Origin: a virus
Taxonomy: Duplodnaviria; Caudoviricetes
Length of the DNA stretch: 64,000 bases
Reading direction: 5' to 3' (one strand)
IMG/VR virus record: IMGVR_UViG_3300037067_026010
Span: 146,570 to 210,569 of that record
Shown here one piece after another: positions 1 to 9,443 of the stretch (positions within the stretch are counted from its first letter, which is position 1; each line of letters begins with the position of its first letter). The notes under the pieces are model-generated. The model ran no database searches, was not told the DNA's origin, and saw nothing but the letters and a program-made list of their open reading frames with translations. A program made the translations under genes and the position numbers.

Positions 1-89
1 CGTCGGAACGCGCACGGTCCATTCGCACCCGTCCTCTGTGGCCTTTAAGCCCTCCATTTCCATGGAAAGCGGCGCTTGAAACGATATTT

Positions 90-767
90 TCATACGATGT
101 CCTTATTAGGGTAGATACGATCAGCTAGTGCTTGTGGGTCTGGGGGAGGTCCCAACACGGCCTCTGCCTCGCGCACGATGGCTTCATCCGGTTCCCGCAA
201 CGCCACGTGTGGCAGAGTACGCGGTGGATCCACCGCAGGTGCCAGATATACCAGGTTACGATTTGTCGAAACTCCGAAAACTGTAATAGCTAAAATAGGC
301 AGATCCCGTAACATCCGCAATTGCCCTAAGGCAGTCGAATCCACAATGCGTAATTCGTAATGAACGGCCCTCGCATAATGGTAACACTTCGTGTCGTACA
401 TGGCTACAGAGCCAAGATATCGCAGACACTCCGGCCAGCGCTCTCGACAAATGCCGTAAAGGCGGTAGTCCCAACGGATCGTTTCGCCGTCGAATGCTGT
501 TTCGCCAAGACCTGTAAAAAATGGCGCGCCGGAGGAATCCACCGCGAAGGGCGCTGCTTCCGGCACAGATGCTGGAAGCAGCGCGTTAAACTCCCGCATC
601 GGATCCCGGTCCAACCTGCCGTGTGTCACCAACAGCGCCGGCGTGAAAAAGACACACTCCTCCGACATCTCGCCGAGGGTGTGAATTTTTGCCGGTTCCG
701 GAGGCCTATCGTCAGCTTGGGCCAAGGCCGGGGCCACCACGAGCGGTTTGCCTTCGATCGGTTTCAT
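90..767 (-). CDS. hypothetical protein
   Basis: 225-aa ORF, co-directional and tightly packed with the minus-strand gene run. Confidence 0.65.
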   Translation of the reverse strand: MKPIEGKPLVVAPALAQADDRPPEPAKIHTLGEMSEECVFFTPALLVTHGRLDRDPMREFNALLPASVPEAAPFAVDSSGAPFFTGLGETAFDGETIRWDYRLYGICRERWPECLRYLGSVAMYDTKCYHYARAVHYELRIVDSTALGQLRMLRDLPILAITVFGVSTNRNLVYLAPAVDPPRTLPHVALREPDEAIVREAEAVLGPPPDPQALADRIYPNKDIV

Positions 768-774
768 TAGTCAC

Positions 775-1443
775 CTACGCAGTTGCGGTCAGGCCTGCAC
801 GGAAGGCAAGCCCGTACGCAACCGTGGCCTGGCTACGTGCGTTAATTGTCAAATCATTCGGGCAGCTCACGCCCAGGAAATCACATAAACCGTAAATATC
901 GATATCGCGATTACGGCATTCGCTGGGGACAATCAGTTCAAAGGGGTCGCCCCACGGCGCCGGCGCCCATGTAGGATGCCGCCAAAGCCGCAGCCGGTTG
1001 CCCGGTCCAGCAAGTTGCTCGGTGATCTCGGCACGCACAGCATCCAGATGCATGATCTGCATCGTCGTACTGATATCGAGACCGTATAGGCTGATACCGA
1101 AATCATTCGCCGTCATTACCGGCGTCGGCAGTCCTTCGGGAAACACTGTAGCCAGCCAGTTTAATGTTCGCACCGAAACGGCGCCGGGGCTGTCGCCGGC
1201 TATGGCGACTGTCTCGAACGCGGGCTGTCCGGTCCGATCCAAGACACAGACACTGGTCAATGTGCCCGATACCGGGTAATTATGGCACTCCGCTTCCTGC
1301 TTCGCCCGCTTCTCCTGTTCCTCCTTCCTCACCGAGTCCGGCAGCTTGCTGCGCGTCGCTACCGGGAGCATCAGAAACTGCCCCCAATCCGGCCGCCGCT
1401 GCCGTGTCGCCCCCAGGAAGTACTGCGCTCTCTGATTCGTCAT
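775..1443 (-). CDS. hypothetical protein (possibly a degenerate 3'-5' exonuclease-like fold)
   Basis: ORF with GGAGG upstream of ATG 1443 (MTNQRAQ); the C-terminal DPFELI...IDIYGLCDFLGV only weakly recalls PolB-type exonucleases. Confidence 0.6.
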   Translation of the reverse strand: MTNQRAQYFLGATRQRRPDWGQFLMLPVATRSKLPDSVRKEEQEKRAKQEAECHNYPVSGTLTSVCVLDRTGQPAFETVAIAGDSPGAVSVRTLNWLATVFPEGLPTPVMTANDFGISLYGLDISTTMQIMHLDAVRAEITEQLAGPGNRLRLWRHPTWAPAPWGDPFELIVPSECRNRDIDIYGLCDFLGVSCPNDLTINARSQATVAYGLAFRAGLTATA

Positions 1444-1804
1444 CACGCTCCTCCGTTCGATTTGCATCGGTCTGTTGTTTGACTATTGCCAAAACCGGAA
1501 TGACGTGGCTCAACAGAGCCTGCTGCAACTCCTCGATGGCGAACGGCCGCACAGCTTTCTGCTCGGCTGACGCGACGAATGTTCGCGCGACAAGCTGTGG
1601 ATTATCCACCTCCCAGCCGTGCAACAGCTCGTTGTCCAACATCGTCCGATAAACCATGTAAAGCTGCCGTGCGGAAACCATTCCCGCTACGGCCGCTTGT
1701 AAAATTTTGCTCTGCTGCAAAAGCGTACGGGCGTCTTCCGCCGCGTGTTCCAGTTCCTCGCGCGTTGGTCCCGATCTGTTCGGCCCTGGTGCGGGTTTTG
1801 CCAT
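1280..1804 (-). CDS. hypothetical protein
   Basis: AGAAAGGA upstream of ATG 1804 (MAKPAPG); its low-complexity tail overlaps the next gene. Confidence 0.6.
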   Translation of the reverse strand: MAKPAPGPNRSGPTREELEHAAEDARTLLQQSKILQAAVAGMVSARQLYMVYRTMLDNELLHGWEVDNPQLVARTFVASAEQKAVRPFAIEELQQALLSHVIPVLAIVKQQTDANRTEERDDESESAVLPGGDTAAAAGLGAVSDAPGSDAQQAAGLGEEGGTGEAGEAGSGVP

Positions 1805-1820
1805 GGCATCTGTCCTTTCT

Positions 1821-1836
1821 CGGTAATTAAGCACCG
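1821..1836. promoter_or_regulatory. 16-bp dyad motif, copy 1
   Basis: CGGTAATTAAGCACCG abutting the RBS of the 1804 gene. Confidence 0.6.
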
Positions 1837-1875
1837 CCTAATCTAAGCAATTCTGCCACGGCAGACAAGTGTTGT

Positions 1876-2601
1876 CTACGCTGTGGTATTCCCGGGCTGC
1901 GCCACGGCACCCTCCGAGTACAGCGTCACAGCGTAAGCGCAGAGCATCGCGGCATCCGCGATGTTATCCACGCCCGTCTGTTTGTAGGTTGCCGGATCCA
2001 GTTGAAAACCGAATGCAGCATTTGCCGCTGCGATCATGTCTTCTTTGCTGGCATTGCCGCGATGCGTGGCAAAAGACTTCAATTGGCTGCTGCTGATACC
2101 GTGGCACGGCACGCCCTGCTCCTCGCACCAGGTCGACACCGTAGCTTTAAGCGAGCCTAGAAACTCCGCGCCGCTCACCGCGCGCGACAGGATCATCGTC
2201 ATGCTCTGCGTGCCTTTAGTCGGCAGGACGCTGCCGAAACGCGCGTCCTCGAGCATCACGAGATCGGGCTGCAATACCGCTAAGTATTGCCTGAGGCGCA
2301 CGAGCCTTAACGGCCCGGAGTCGTAATCGCCGGAGCAACCGAGGTACCACTGTCCTGATGTAATCGTCGCCGCCGTCACGGGTTGACCCGGCACGATATC
2401 GCAAAAAGCAACGCCCGCGTGCGTCGCCAAATCGAGACCTACGAAGCGCACGTGCGGGCGAATCACCCGCGGCAGCGTAAGCTCGTAAACTCGCGGATCC
2501 TTGGCAAGCGCCACTTTGCCTGTGGCCAGCTGTGTCACAAGCGCCGCCGCCAATTCCTCTATCGTAGCCTTCGGTTTAGCCGATTTTTTATCCGCTGCCA
2601 T
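1876..2601 (-). CDS. RuvC-like Holliday junction resolvase
   Basis: Motifs FVGLDLATHAGVA, VMLEDA, SSQLKSFATHRGNASKEDM and DNIADAA give the RuvC D-E-D-D catalytic pattern. Confidence 0.85.
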   Translation of the reverse strand: MAADKKSAKPKATIEELAAALVTQLATGKVALAKDPRVYELTLPRVIRPHVRFVGLDLATHAGVAFCDIVPGQPVTAATITSGQWYLGCSGDYDSGPLRLVRLRQYLAVLQPDLVMLEDARFGSVLPTKGTQSMTMILSRAVSGAEFLGSLKATVSTWCEEQGVPCHGISSSQLKSFATHRGNASKEDMIAAANAAFGFQLDPATYKQTGVDNIADAAMLCAYAVTLYSEGAVAQPGNTTA

Positions 2602-2623
2602 ACTGCCTTGCACCTTGTCCGAT

Positions 2624-2860
2624 TTAATCCTTGTCGAAATCGACGGCTACTTCCACCTTTACCGGTTCGCCGTTCTGAAATTGCACCAGCTTTGTGCAGA
2701 TTGCCGGCGTGCCGATATCACGGTGCCACAACACCAGTATGTCGTCCGGCGGCTGATCGCCGAGCGTATTTGCAAAATCCAACGCAGCTTGCCGGTCGGC
2801 AAACAATTTGATCGGCAAATCGTCCATGAGGAACGTTTGCACTACTAAATATCCGTCCAT
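2624..2860 (-). CDS. small hypothetical protein
   Basis: GAGGAG upstream of ATG 2860 (MDGYLVV). Confidence 0.6.
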   Translation of the reverse strand: MDGYLVVQTFLMDDLPIKLFADRQAALDFANTLGDQPPDDILVLWHRDIGTPAICTKLVQFQNGEPVKVEVAVDFDKD

Positions 2861-2867
2861 TTTCTCC

Positions 2868-3716
2868 TCAATCCTTTCCTGCGGCAGACAATGCCGAGAT
2901 AAGCTGTCTATAGGTCTCAAGCAAATGCGATGTACACACACAGTCGAACGCGGCCTGATGTGCGTGGGCCATATCCAGATGGTAACGCTCCGCTAAAGCA
3001 TACTTCTGCGTGCAGTGCCGATCAAGTGACCAAGTCACACCGCGTATGCGCTGGGCGTTTATTCTGGCAAACCAGTCGTCCAGCGTTTCCGCCGCATACG
3101 GCGGATAATTCAACCCGGCCGCCTTCTCCATGAGGCCGGTGTCCAGTACGGAGTTCGGACGCCACGGCAAACGGTAGCCGTCCATAAAGCGATCCATGTA
3201 ACCGTTAAGCATCGCACGGTCAAACCTCCAAAGGTTATGGCCGACGATGCACACGCCGTTTTCTATGCAATTAAATAATCGATGCACGAGTTCCCCCAAG
3301 CCCTGCCAGGCCGCTACGCCCTCTTGGCAGAGCATGTCCCACGTAAAGCGATAATCCTTGCCCTGGCTCACCATGCCGTTTCGCGCCTTCTCCAGGCGCC
3401 GGCAGAAATCCTCCTTGCTTACGGGCATAGCCGACCAGTCCAGCAATTGATAACCGGAATCGGTAATCCGGCGCTGCCGTATCTCGGCCCAGCCGATTTC
3501 CACGATATAATCGCTATTCGGGTCGAATCCCGTCGTTTCAAAATCGACGACGAGATAGTCTTCCGGCAGCACCTGACGGCTGGCGAAGCCTCGCAGCATT
3601 TCAGAGGTGCCGCAGAACCACTCCGGCATCGGACGCTCCGCGTCATAACGCTGCCACGCCGATGCCAGGGCGTCGGCTAGGGTCACGGATCCCGATTCAA
3701 CAACCGCTTCCACCAT
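2868..3716 (-). CDS. DEDDh 3'-5' exonuclease (DnaQ/epsilon-like)
   Basis: ExoI YLVVDFETTG, ExoII VGHNLWRFD, ExoIII AHQAAFDC; start placed at ATG 3716 after GGAGG. Confidence 0.9.
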   Translation of the reverse strand: MVEAVVESGSVTLADALASAWQRYDAERPMPEWFCGTSEMLRGFASRQVLPEDYLVVDFETTGFDPNSDYIVEIGWAEIRQRRITDSGYQLLDWSAMPVSKEDFCRRLEKARNGMVSQGKDYRFTWDMLCQEGVAAWQGLGELVHRLFNCIENGVCIVGHNLWRFDRAMLNGYMDRFMDGYRLPWRPNSVLDTGLMEKAAGLNYPPYAAETLDDWFARINAQRIRGVTWSLDRHCTQKYALAERYHLDMAHAHQAAFDCVCTSHLLETYRQLISALSAAGKD

Positions 3717-4387
3717 GGTCGTTTCCTCCACGCGCGTTTGAAGTCTTCCATGGCCGCCTGCTGCCTTGTTATCACAGCGTGTCGAAATTCTACGAATTCC
3801 GCAGACTTTCGTGAGATCGCGTGTTTGCATTGCGCCAGCTCGGCCTTCGTGGTTTCCAGTTCGGCTTTCAGCCCGTCGGCAATCACAGGATCGTCCTCGT
3901 TGCAGCCTTGGCACCACGCTGCCAAAGCCCGGCCGGAGCCAAGCATCTGTGCCAGCTCCACTTCCGGGGGCACGCCCGCAAAGAACGGCGTCACGTCGCG
4001 CAACGCCACGAAAAAGCCGCCCGTCATCGTGGCGCCGATACGGCTATAGATCAGTAATTGCGCCAGCTGCGGCATATCCAAAAATCCGCTGCGCCGTAAA
4101 GCGTCTTCCGGCGAAGAGATTTCGGGATCGTGCACAAAAGACTCGTGCGCGGCTACAAAGCGCTCCACGGCCAAACCGAGCGTTTCGAAGTCCAAACCTT
4201 GCTGCTGCATCAGGTCTTTGGCGTACGGGCCTATATGCTCCGGTTGCAGACCAAAAAACGCCTCGCGAACGGCGGGGGCATAAATATAGGCAAGATCGCG
4301 CTGCGGCGCGTACATCGGCGCGCTCGGATCGCCCTTGGGTCGGAACTGCGCAATATTGCGCTTTGGGGGTTGTATAGATTCCGTCAT
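3683..4387 (-). CDS. hypothetical protein with C-terminal coiled coil
   Basis: 234-aa ORF in the operon; ends in RPWWKRLL. Confidence 0.7.
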   Translation of the reverse strand: MTESIQPPKRNIAQFRPKGDPSAPMYAPQRDLAYIYAPAVREAFFGLQPEHIGPYAKDLMQQQGLDFETLGLAVERFVAAHESFVHDPEISSPEDALRRSGFLDMPQLAQLLIYSRIGATMTGGFFVALRDVTPFFAGVPPEVELAQMLGSGRALAAWCQGCNEDDPVIADGLKAELETTKAELAQCKHAISRKSAEFVEFRHAVITRQQAAMEDFKRAWRKRPWWKRLLNRDP

Positions 4388-4632
4388 GACGTTTCTTCCT
4401 TCCTACCGGTTTCGACGATGCGGAATACCAGTGCTTCCGCCGTCACGGTCAAAACGGCATCATACGGTGCATGCAACGACACGGATACGCCAAAAACTTC
4501 AGCCAGCCGGAGCAGCGAGCGCATCAGCGCCCGCACGTACTCCAGCTTCGCAAGCTGCTCCGACTCCATTTTTCTGCGCCGCTTCTTCGTTGGTTTCGCT
4601 GCCCGTTTGGTCGCTTTGCGTTGTTTGCTCAT
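4384..4632 (-). CDS. small basic hypothetical protein
   Basis: MSKQRKATKR... ORF whose stop overlaps the next start (ATGA). Confidence 0.55.
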   Translation of the reverse strand: MSKQRKATKRAAKPTKKRRRKMESEQLAKLEYVRALMRSLLRLAEVFGVSVSLHAPYDAVLTVTAEALVFRIVETGRKEETS

Positions 4633-5026
4633 GGCCTTCGCACCTTTCCGCCCGCAGTTGGTGATATTCTTGGATCGCCGCATCCCATCCCGCCTGCACC
4701 GGCACAGCATATGCTTGCCGGTTTTCTTCGGTGATGAGCAACCCTGTTTTGCAATACGCATAAACATATTCGGGGCGCATGCCGCTGCGCAACATGGCTT
4801 TCGCCGCCTCGCGGCGTGGGCCAAGTATGTCGTTTGCTACCGGTTGCGGCAGCGCTGCCTCCTGCCGTAAGCGCCGCGGGGCGCCGACTTTGCGCCGGCC
4901 GCGCGCAAGACAGCATGCTTTGAATTTCCGCTTGCTGCCGCAGGGGCAGGGGTCGTTTCTTTTTACGCGCGGCGGCCGACGATACGGTTCCGCGCCTTGG
5001 CGACGTACGCTATTCTGCATGTACAT
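4499..5026 (-). CDS. SEC-C motif (zinc-binding) protein
   Basis: RNDPCPCGSKRKFKACC is a canonical SEC-C motif. Confidence 0.8.
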   Translation of the reverse strand: MYMQNSVRRQGAEPYRRPPRVKRNDPCPCGSKRKFKACCLARGRRKVGAPRRLRQEAALPQPVANDILGPRREAAKAMLRSGMRPEYVYAYCKTGLLITEENRQAYAVPVQAGWDAAIQEYHQLRAERCEGHEQTTQSDQTGSETNEEAAQKNGVGAACEAGVRAGADALAAPAG

Positions 5027-6368
5027 GTTGTCCTCCGGTATCCGAACTTAAAACAATTATGGATTGCTCCCAAAATCTTTGAAGGGCGTACGTAGCACAA
5101 CGGCTCTGAAACTGCGCGCCGGTTTCACCTTCGCCCTGTTGCACCAAACTGTCCCAGTCCTCGGGCCAGTCTTGCACGATGCGCTTGCACAGCTGATAGC
5201 GTCCTGCACTATCCAAACATTCCATTTTTACAATACGGTCGATGCGTCCCGGTCTAGTTGTTGTACCATTATCCGCAATGCTGCCAAGTGCCGAGTCCAA
5301 GGCGTCAGGATTGTTCGTCGTCAGCATGAGCAAAATACCGGCAGTCGCCTCCACACCGTCTATACAATTCAGAAGGCAATCAAACGTCAGATGCCCTCCT
5401 GCGATGTTTTTACGCTGATGGAAAACAGCATCAATATCCTCTATTAACGCCAAACAGGGCGTGTCGTGGCACATAGCCTGCCACTCCCGCTGTAGCTCAC
5501 TATCGTAAAGCGTCGCCAAATGAAACACGTAGACCGGCAAATCCGTATCTTCCGCGATCGCCCGCACCACCGAGGTCTTGCCTGTGCCAGGCGGCCCGTG
5601 CCAGACACAACCGAAGCGCCACGGGATACCCCGTGCCCTATACCACTCCGCATTTTTGACCCAGTGGCGTATCTCATCATTTACGTTTTTCGCTTCTTCT
5701 GATAGGGCCAAATTATTTATGGCACAGCCCTGCGAGACGGGCACACCCAGTTCCGACGGCGACCATGCCAGCACGCGCAACCATTCCCACGGAGACAGGC
5801 CAGCCGATGGCCCCTCCCTATTATACAGCACACTAGGGTTCTGCATTTGGGTCTTGCCGTCGGTGCCGAATATCTGGCGCACTGTAAAGCGGCGACAAGT
5901 CGCCTGCACGGCAAAGCGGCTATTGTACATGCGCACCGCCTCGTTGACAAAACCATCCATAGACCATGTGCCACGTAGAAATCGCACGGTCAGCGCCGAG
6001 TCACTGCTAAATTGCGCAGTTGGTTTTTCGTTAGTATTTCCGCTTTGCAATGTGCCCAGCCATATAGGGCGCCAACCTTTCCAAAATAACTTGCCGCCAC
6101 GTCCAACACCCTCGGACGCGATTAGCTGAACGCGCTCTAATGGCCGCACCCAGACATACCACCCCATATATGACCGTTGACCGAGCGTGGATGCCAGGAG
6201 ATGCCGCCAGCAATAGTGCTGCACGGCGGTACTAACAGCCGGATCCAGCTCAAAAGATACTACCAACACACTGGACACGTATCCCCAGAAACCCCTGAAG
6301 TATCCCCATACGACAGCCAGTCCGCCTGCCAAGGTTGCTACGCCTGCCATAAGCCACGCTGTTCCCAT
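5010..6368 (-). CDS. BCS1-like membrane-anchored AAA+ ATPase
   Basis: N-terminal hydrophobic helix; WYRARGIPWRFG, Walker A GPPGTGKTS, Walker B LIEDID, LLNCIDGV, SRH TTNNPDALDSAL...RPGRID. Confidence 0.85.
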   Translation of the reverse strand: MGTAWLMAGVATLAGGLAVVWGYFRGFWGYVSSVLVVSFELDPAVSTAVQHYCWRHLLASTLGQRSYMGWYVWVRPLERVQLIASEGVGRGGKLFWKGWRPIWLGTLQSGNTNEKPTAQFSSDSALTVRFLRGTWSMDGFVNEAVRMYNSRFAVQATCRRFTVRQIFGTDGKTQMQNPSVLYNREGPSAGLSPWEWLRVLAWSPSELGVPVSQGCAINNLALSEEAKNVNDEIRHWVKNAEWYRARGIPWRFGCVWHGPPGTGKTSVVRAIAEDTDLPVYVFHLATLYDSELQREWQAMCHDTPCLALIEDIDAVFHQRKNIAGGHLTFDCLLNCIDGVEATAGILLMLTTNNPDALDSALGSIADNGTTTRPGRIDRIVKMECLDSAGRYQLCKRIVQDWPEDWDSLVQQGEGETGAQFQSRCATYALQRFWEQSIIVLSSDTGGQHVHAE

Positions 6369-6377
6369 TTCGTACTC

Positions 6378-7241
6378 CTATCCTACCTGCTGCGGCTGCA
6401 GCCGGCAGCGTTCCCTGTTGTCACACTCCACGCAACGCACGGCACGCCGTTCCGGATCGAAATACTGTATCTGACCGCAACCGTCGCACTGCTGCTGTAC
6501 ATACGTGTCCCGGTGGCACCCGGCCGGGCACTCGGCATAGCCTACGGCGCACACATCGCAGCTGTGCGTGAACCCATGCGGGCACTCGGCGCCGGCTCGA
6601 CAACGTAAGCGCAAGACTTGCTCGCGATTCCAGCGCTTCACCGACGCAGGACACTGCACTTGGAAAAAGCGCGGTGTCCGGGTGCTCCGCAATTGCTCTA
6701 TTAAGGCCGTCAGCCGCAAGCCGACTAGCTGCAAACTCCGCCGGTACGGATAACTGCGCCACGGCGCCGAGAACCCTGCATTTCGTGCAATGATACTGGC
6801 AGCGCCTTCGGTCCAAAAAGTCTCCAGGGTCATCGGACAGCACGTGCCCGACAGCGCCCGAAACATGAAATAATGACCGAATTTGCCCCGCATCGTGCGC
6901 CCCGGCAGCGCCCCTACAACTTGAAGCGGGACCCATTCGTCGGCAAGCTGCGCCTGCCAAGGTCGTACCGGCGTATGCGTCTGCAGCAGTCGCACATTGC
7001 CGGCCAGCCGCCACGCCAGCACTAAACAGTCCTCGCCCGTCAATGTGCGTCCGATCAAATGCCGCAGTGACTCGTACAGCGTATCCAACCGCACGCCGGG
7101 CATGCACTGATGCAGCCTACGCAACAGTTGTTCCAGCGCATCCGCACTCAACGGCTGGCCGGCAGCCATATCGAACTGCACGCGCAGGCGATCCCGCATT
7201 TGAAAAATACGTGTAAGCGGAAAAATCGGAGCCTCGTCCAT
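6378..7241 (-). CDS. hypothetical protein with Cys-rich (zinc-binding) C-terminus
   Basis: CPHGFTHSCDVCAVGYAECPAGCH, CDGC, CVEC. Confidence 0.7.
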   Translation of the reverse strand: MDEAPIFPLTRIFQMRDRLRVQFDMAAGQPLSADALEQLLRRLHQCMPGVRLDTLYESLRHLIGRTLTGEDCLVLAWRLAGNVRLLQTHTPVRPWQAQLADEWVPLQVVGALPGRTMRGKFGHYFMFRALSGTCCPMTLETFWTEGAASIIARNAGFSAPWRSYPYRRSLQLVGLRLTALIEQLRSTRTPRFFQVQCPASVKRWNREQVLRLRCRAGAECPHGFTHSCDVCAVGYAECPAGCHRDTYVQQQCDGCGQIQYFDPERRAVRCVECDNRERCRLQPQQVG

Positions 7242-7244
7242 AAA

Positions 7245-7397
7245 TCACCGCCGCTCCAGCCCCTGCGGGCCTCGCGCCACGAGACGGGGGCAACTTCCGC
7301 ACGTTTCAGGGGCCTTTTCCGTTTCCTGTGGCTTTGCCGCTTTGGTTGCCCGCTTCGCTTTCTTCGCTGCGCGTTTTTTCGCTGATTTCTTTGCCAT
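7245..7397 (-). CDS. small Lys/Ala-rich protein
   Basis: MAKKSAKKRAAKKAKRATKAAK; fills the gap in the operon. Confidence 0.5.
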   Translation of the reverse strand: MAKKSAKKRAAKKAKRATKAAKPQETEKAPETCGSCPRLVARGPQGLERR

Positions 7398-7402
7398 GAT
7401 TT

Positions 7403-7807
7403 TCACGGAGTAGTTTCTTGTGCCTGTTCGCCAGTTACGCAACCCCTGGAAGCGGCTCCCGCCCTATCCGCGGCTGCCTGCTGCGCGTCGTTGCAAAGCT
7501 GTACTCCGGCCGATGCAATAGTCTGCAATCGTTCCCATAGCCGGATAATGTGGCCGCCCAAACGGCCGTCCAGTAGATTGCGCACTTCTTCCAGGTACGC
7601 ATCGGGGGTATCGTCCAACGATAGCCGACTCTCCAACGGACCTAGACGAAGCACCAACGCCGCCCGCCCGCCAGGCGGTACCTCTGCTGCTTCCGCAAGC
7701 TGCTCGCGTAATTCGCGAAAAAGCCGCGTGGCGTTCACCAGCTCTACGGCGGTATTACAGGCGTCTTCGCTCGCTCGTTCCAATCGTGTTTTCTCGCAGG
7801 TACTCAT
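7403..7807 (-). CDS. hypothetical protein
   Basis: 134-aa ORF in the operon. Confidence 0.65.
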   Translation of the reverse strand: MSTCEKTRLERASEDACNTAVELVNATRLFRELREQLAEAAEVPPGGRAALVLRLGPLESRLSLDDTPDAYLEEVRNLLDGRLGGHIIRLWERLQTIASAGVQLCNDAQQAAADRAGAASRGCVTGEQAQETTP

Positions 7808-7816
7808 TTTTTTTTC

Positions 7817-8221
7817 TCACTTGAAAAGCAGGCCGACGCCTGCCCAGAATTGCCAATAGGTTTCATCGCCGTCGCACACCTGCTGCACCGGCTGGCCGAT
7901 TGCCAAATGCAAGCGTTGCACCTGTTCCGGTGCTATGGAGAGCCCGCAGCGCAGTCCGAGCTGCAGCATATAACCGAGAGCCGCCTCCGGTACGGCGGCC
8001 AGCCGATATGGAAATAGTGGAATCATGACGTGCGTACCTTGTATGCAGTAACGCCAGTCAATCGGCTTGTCCATGGCTATAGGACTGTACGCACTGTGCC
8101 ATTTTGCCGCTGCATCCTTCGCAAATAGATCCTTCGGCAGCTCCTCGATATACCCCGGCCGAGCTCCGGACAGCGCCTTCGGATATTTCGCCAAATCCAC
8201 AAAATGATACGTCGTCTCCAT
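7817..8221 (-). CDS. hypothetical protein
   Basis: ORF in the operon (METTYHF). Confidence 0.65.
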   Translation of the reverse strand: METTYHFVDLAKYPKALSGARPGYIEELPKDLFAKDAAAKWHSAYSPIAMDKPIDWRYCIQGTHVMIPLFPYRLAAVPEAALGYMLQLGLRCGLSIAPEQVQRLHLAIGQPVQQVCDGDETYWQFWAGVGLLFK

Positions 8222-8232
8222 AGTCGCTCCGA

Positions 8233-8958
8233 TCACGGTTCATAAAAATAACCCAGCGGCTTATTGTTCGGGCCGCGCCGCTGTGCGCTGGATTCTCGCC
8301 CATTCGCGTCGGCGTTGATCGCCAGACCTTCGCGGAATGCTCCGATACGGTAGCCCTGCTGCAAACATAACGCGCCCAGAATAACATCCTCGCCGCAGGT
8401 CCCGTAATTCATATCCAAAAATGGAAAATCGTGCCGCTTCAAAATCTCGGTACGAATGGTCCACCATCCCCCGGTAGGAAAGAATATGAACTGCCTCGGC
8501 TGTACCGGCACGCCTTTGTACCACGGCTGGTCGCGCAGCCACAAGTGCTGGTTTCCCGCCAGCCTACAGCGATACATGGCACCGATCAGGTCTGCAGTGC
8601 GCATGGCATCCAGGACCATGCCCAGCCAGTTTTCGTAGACCCCGATACGATAAGAATCGTCGTCGAACCACATAACGTAGGGCGTCGTCACCGGTGCCGC
8701 GCCATGAAACATCTGCCGCATCATCGGACATTTGTAAATGTTCGTTTCCGACGGGTAAAGCAGCACGGTGCCATTCGCCGCCTGCCAATCCCGGCAGAAA
8801 GCGTCCACGATGTCTCGGGTGGCCGCGCTTACCGCGTTCAGCCCGATACGCAGCTCGCACGGCTCCTTTGGCAAAGACCGCAAGGAATCCAGGCATCTGC
8901 TGGCCAGTTGTGGATAGTCTCCGTAAAGCAACGCACAAATCGTAACATCCTTATTCAT
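8233..8958 (-). CDS. GT-A fold glycosyltransferase (GT2-like)
   Basis: VTICALLY...RCLDSL, DxD motif YVMWFDDDSY, GED acceptor-site motif. Confidence 0.8.
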   Translation of the reverse strand: MNKDVTICALLYGDYPQLASRCLDSLRSLPKEPCELRIGLNAVSAATRDIVDAFCRDWQAANGTVLLYPSETNIYKCPMMRQMFHGAAPVTTPYVMWFDDDSYRIGVYENWLGMVLDAMRTADLIGAMYRCRLAGNQHLWLRDQPWYKGVPVQPRQFIFFPTGGWWTIRTEILKRHDFPFLDMNYGTCGEDVILGALCLQQGYRIGAFREGLAINADANGRESSAQRRGPNNKPLGYFYEP

Positions 8959-9436
8959 GGCATGTATCTCGCAGGGGTGATCGCACCTCCATCAGGCGCA
9001 CTCGCTCTTGCAACCAGTCCTCCAGCGTATCCGGCGGCATGTCGCGCAAAGCCCGCAGGAATTTGTTGCGCCTGGCTTTGTCTTTAAAAACGAGCCTGGC
9101 GCTTGGAAACACTGCTCCGGCATTGTTTCCTTCATTATCCACGTCGACGAGCGTCCAACGCCGATCGTCGCATACGCCGCAATACCTGAGCAGGCCGCTC
9201 TGGTCGTACACCAGCAGCGCTTGGCAATCCTCCAGTTTCGCGGCATCTCCAAAAATATGCGTAAGCCCGCACGGCAATGCCAGCGTTTGCCAGGTTTTCG
9301 CAGACAGCCGCCGGAAACGGCAGTGCTTATATACCCCCGGACGAGCCTCCGCGAATTCGAGCTCGCATTCGAGCACCTGCACCGTCGGATCGATGACCGG
9401 CGGATAATCATAAAAAATGATGTGTGCCAACGTCAT
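8951..9436 (-). CDS. hypothetical protein
   Basis: 161-aa ORF overlapping the glycosyltransferase start. Confidence 0.6.
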   Translation of the reverse strand: MTLAHIIFYDYPPVIDPTVQVLECELEFAEARPGVYKHCRFRRLSAKTWQTLALPCGLTHIFGDAAKLEDCQALLVYDQSGLLRYCGVCDDRRWTLVDVDNEGNNAGAVFPSARLVFKDKARRNKFLRALRDMPPDTLEDWLQERVRLMEVRSPLRDTCHE

Positions 9437-9443
9437 TATCCTT

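Noticed and set aside
1280-1443. Long same-strand gene overlaps (also 4499-4632, 60170-60375)
   Set aside because: The overlapping parts are low-complexity read-through tails, expected where stops are rare at high GC; unlike the intein case, no second folded domain is evident.
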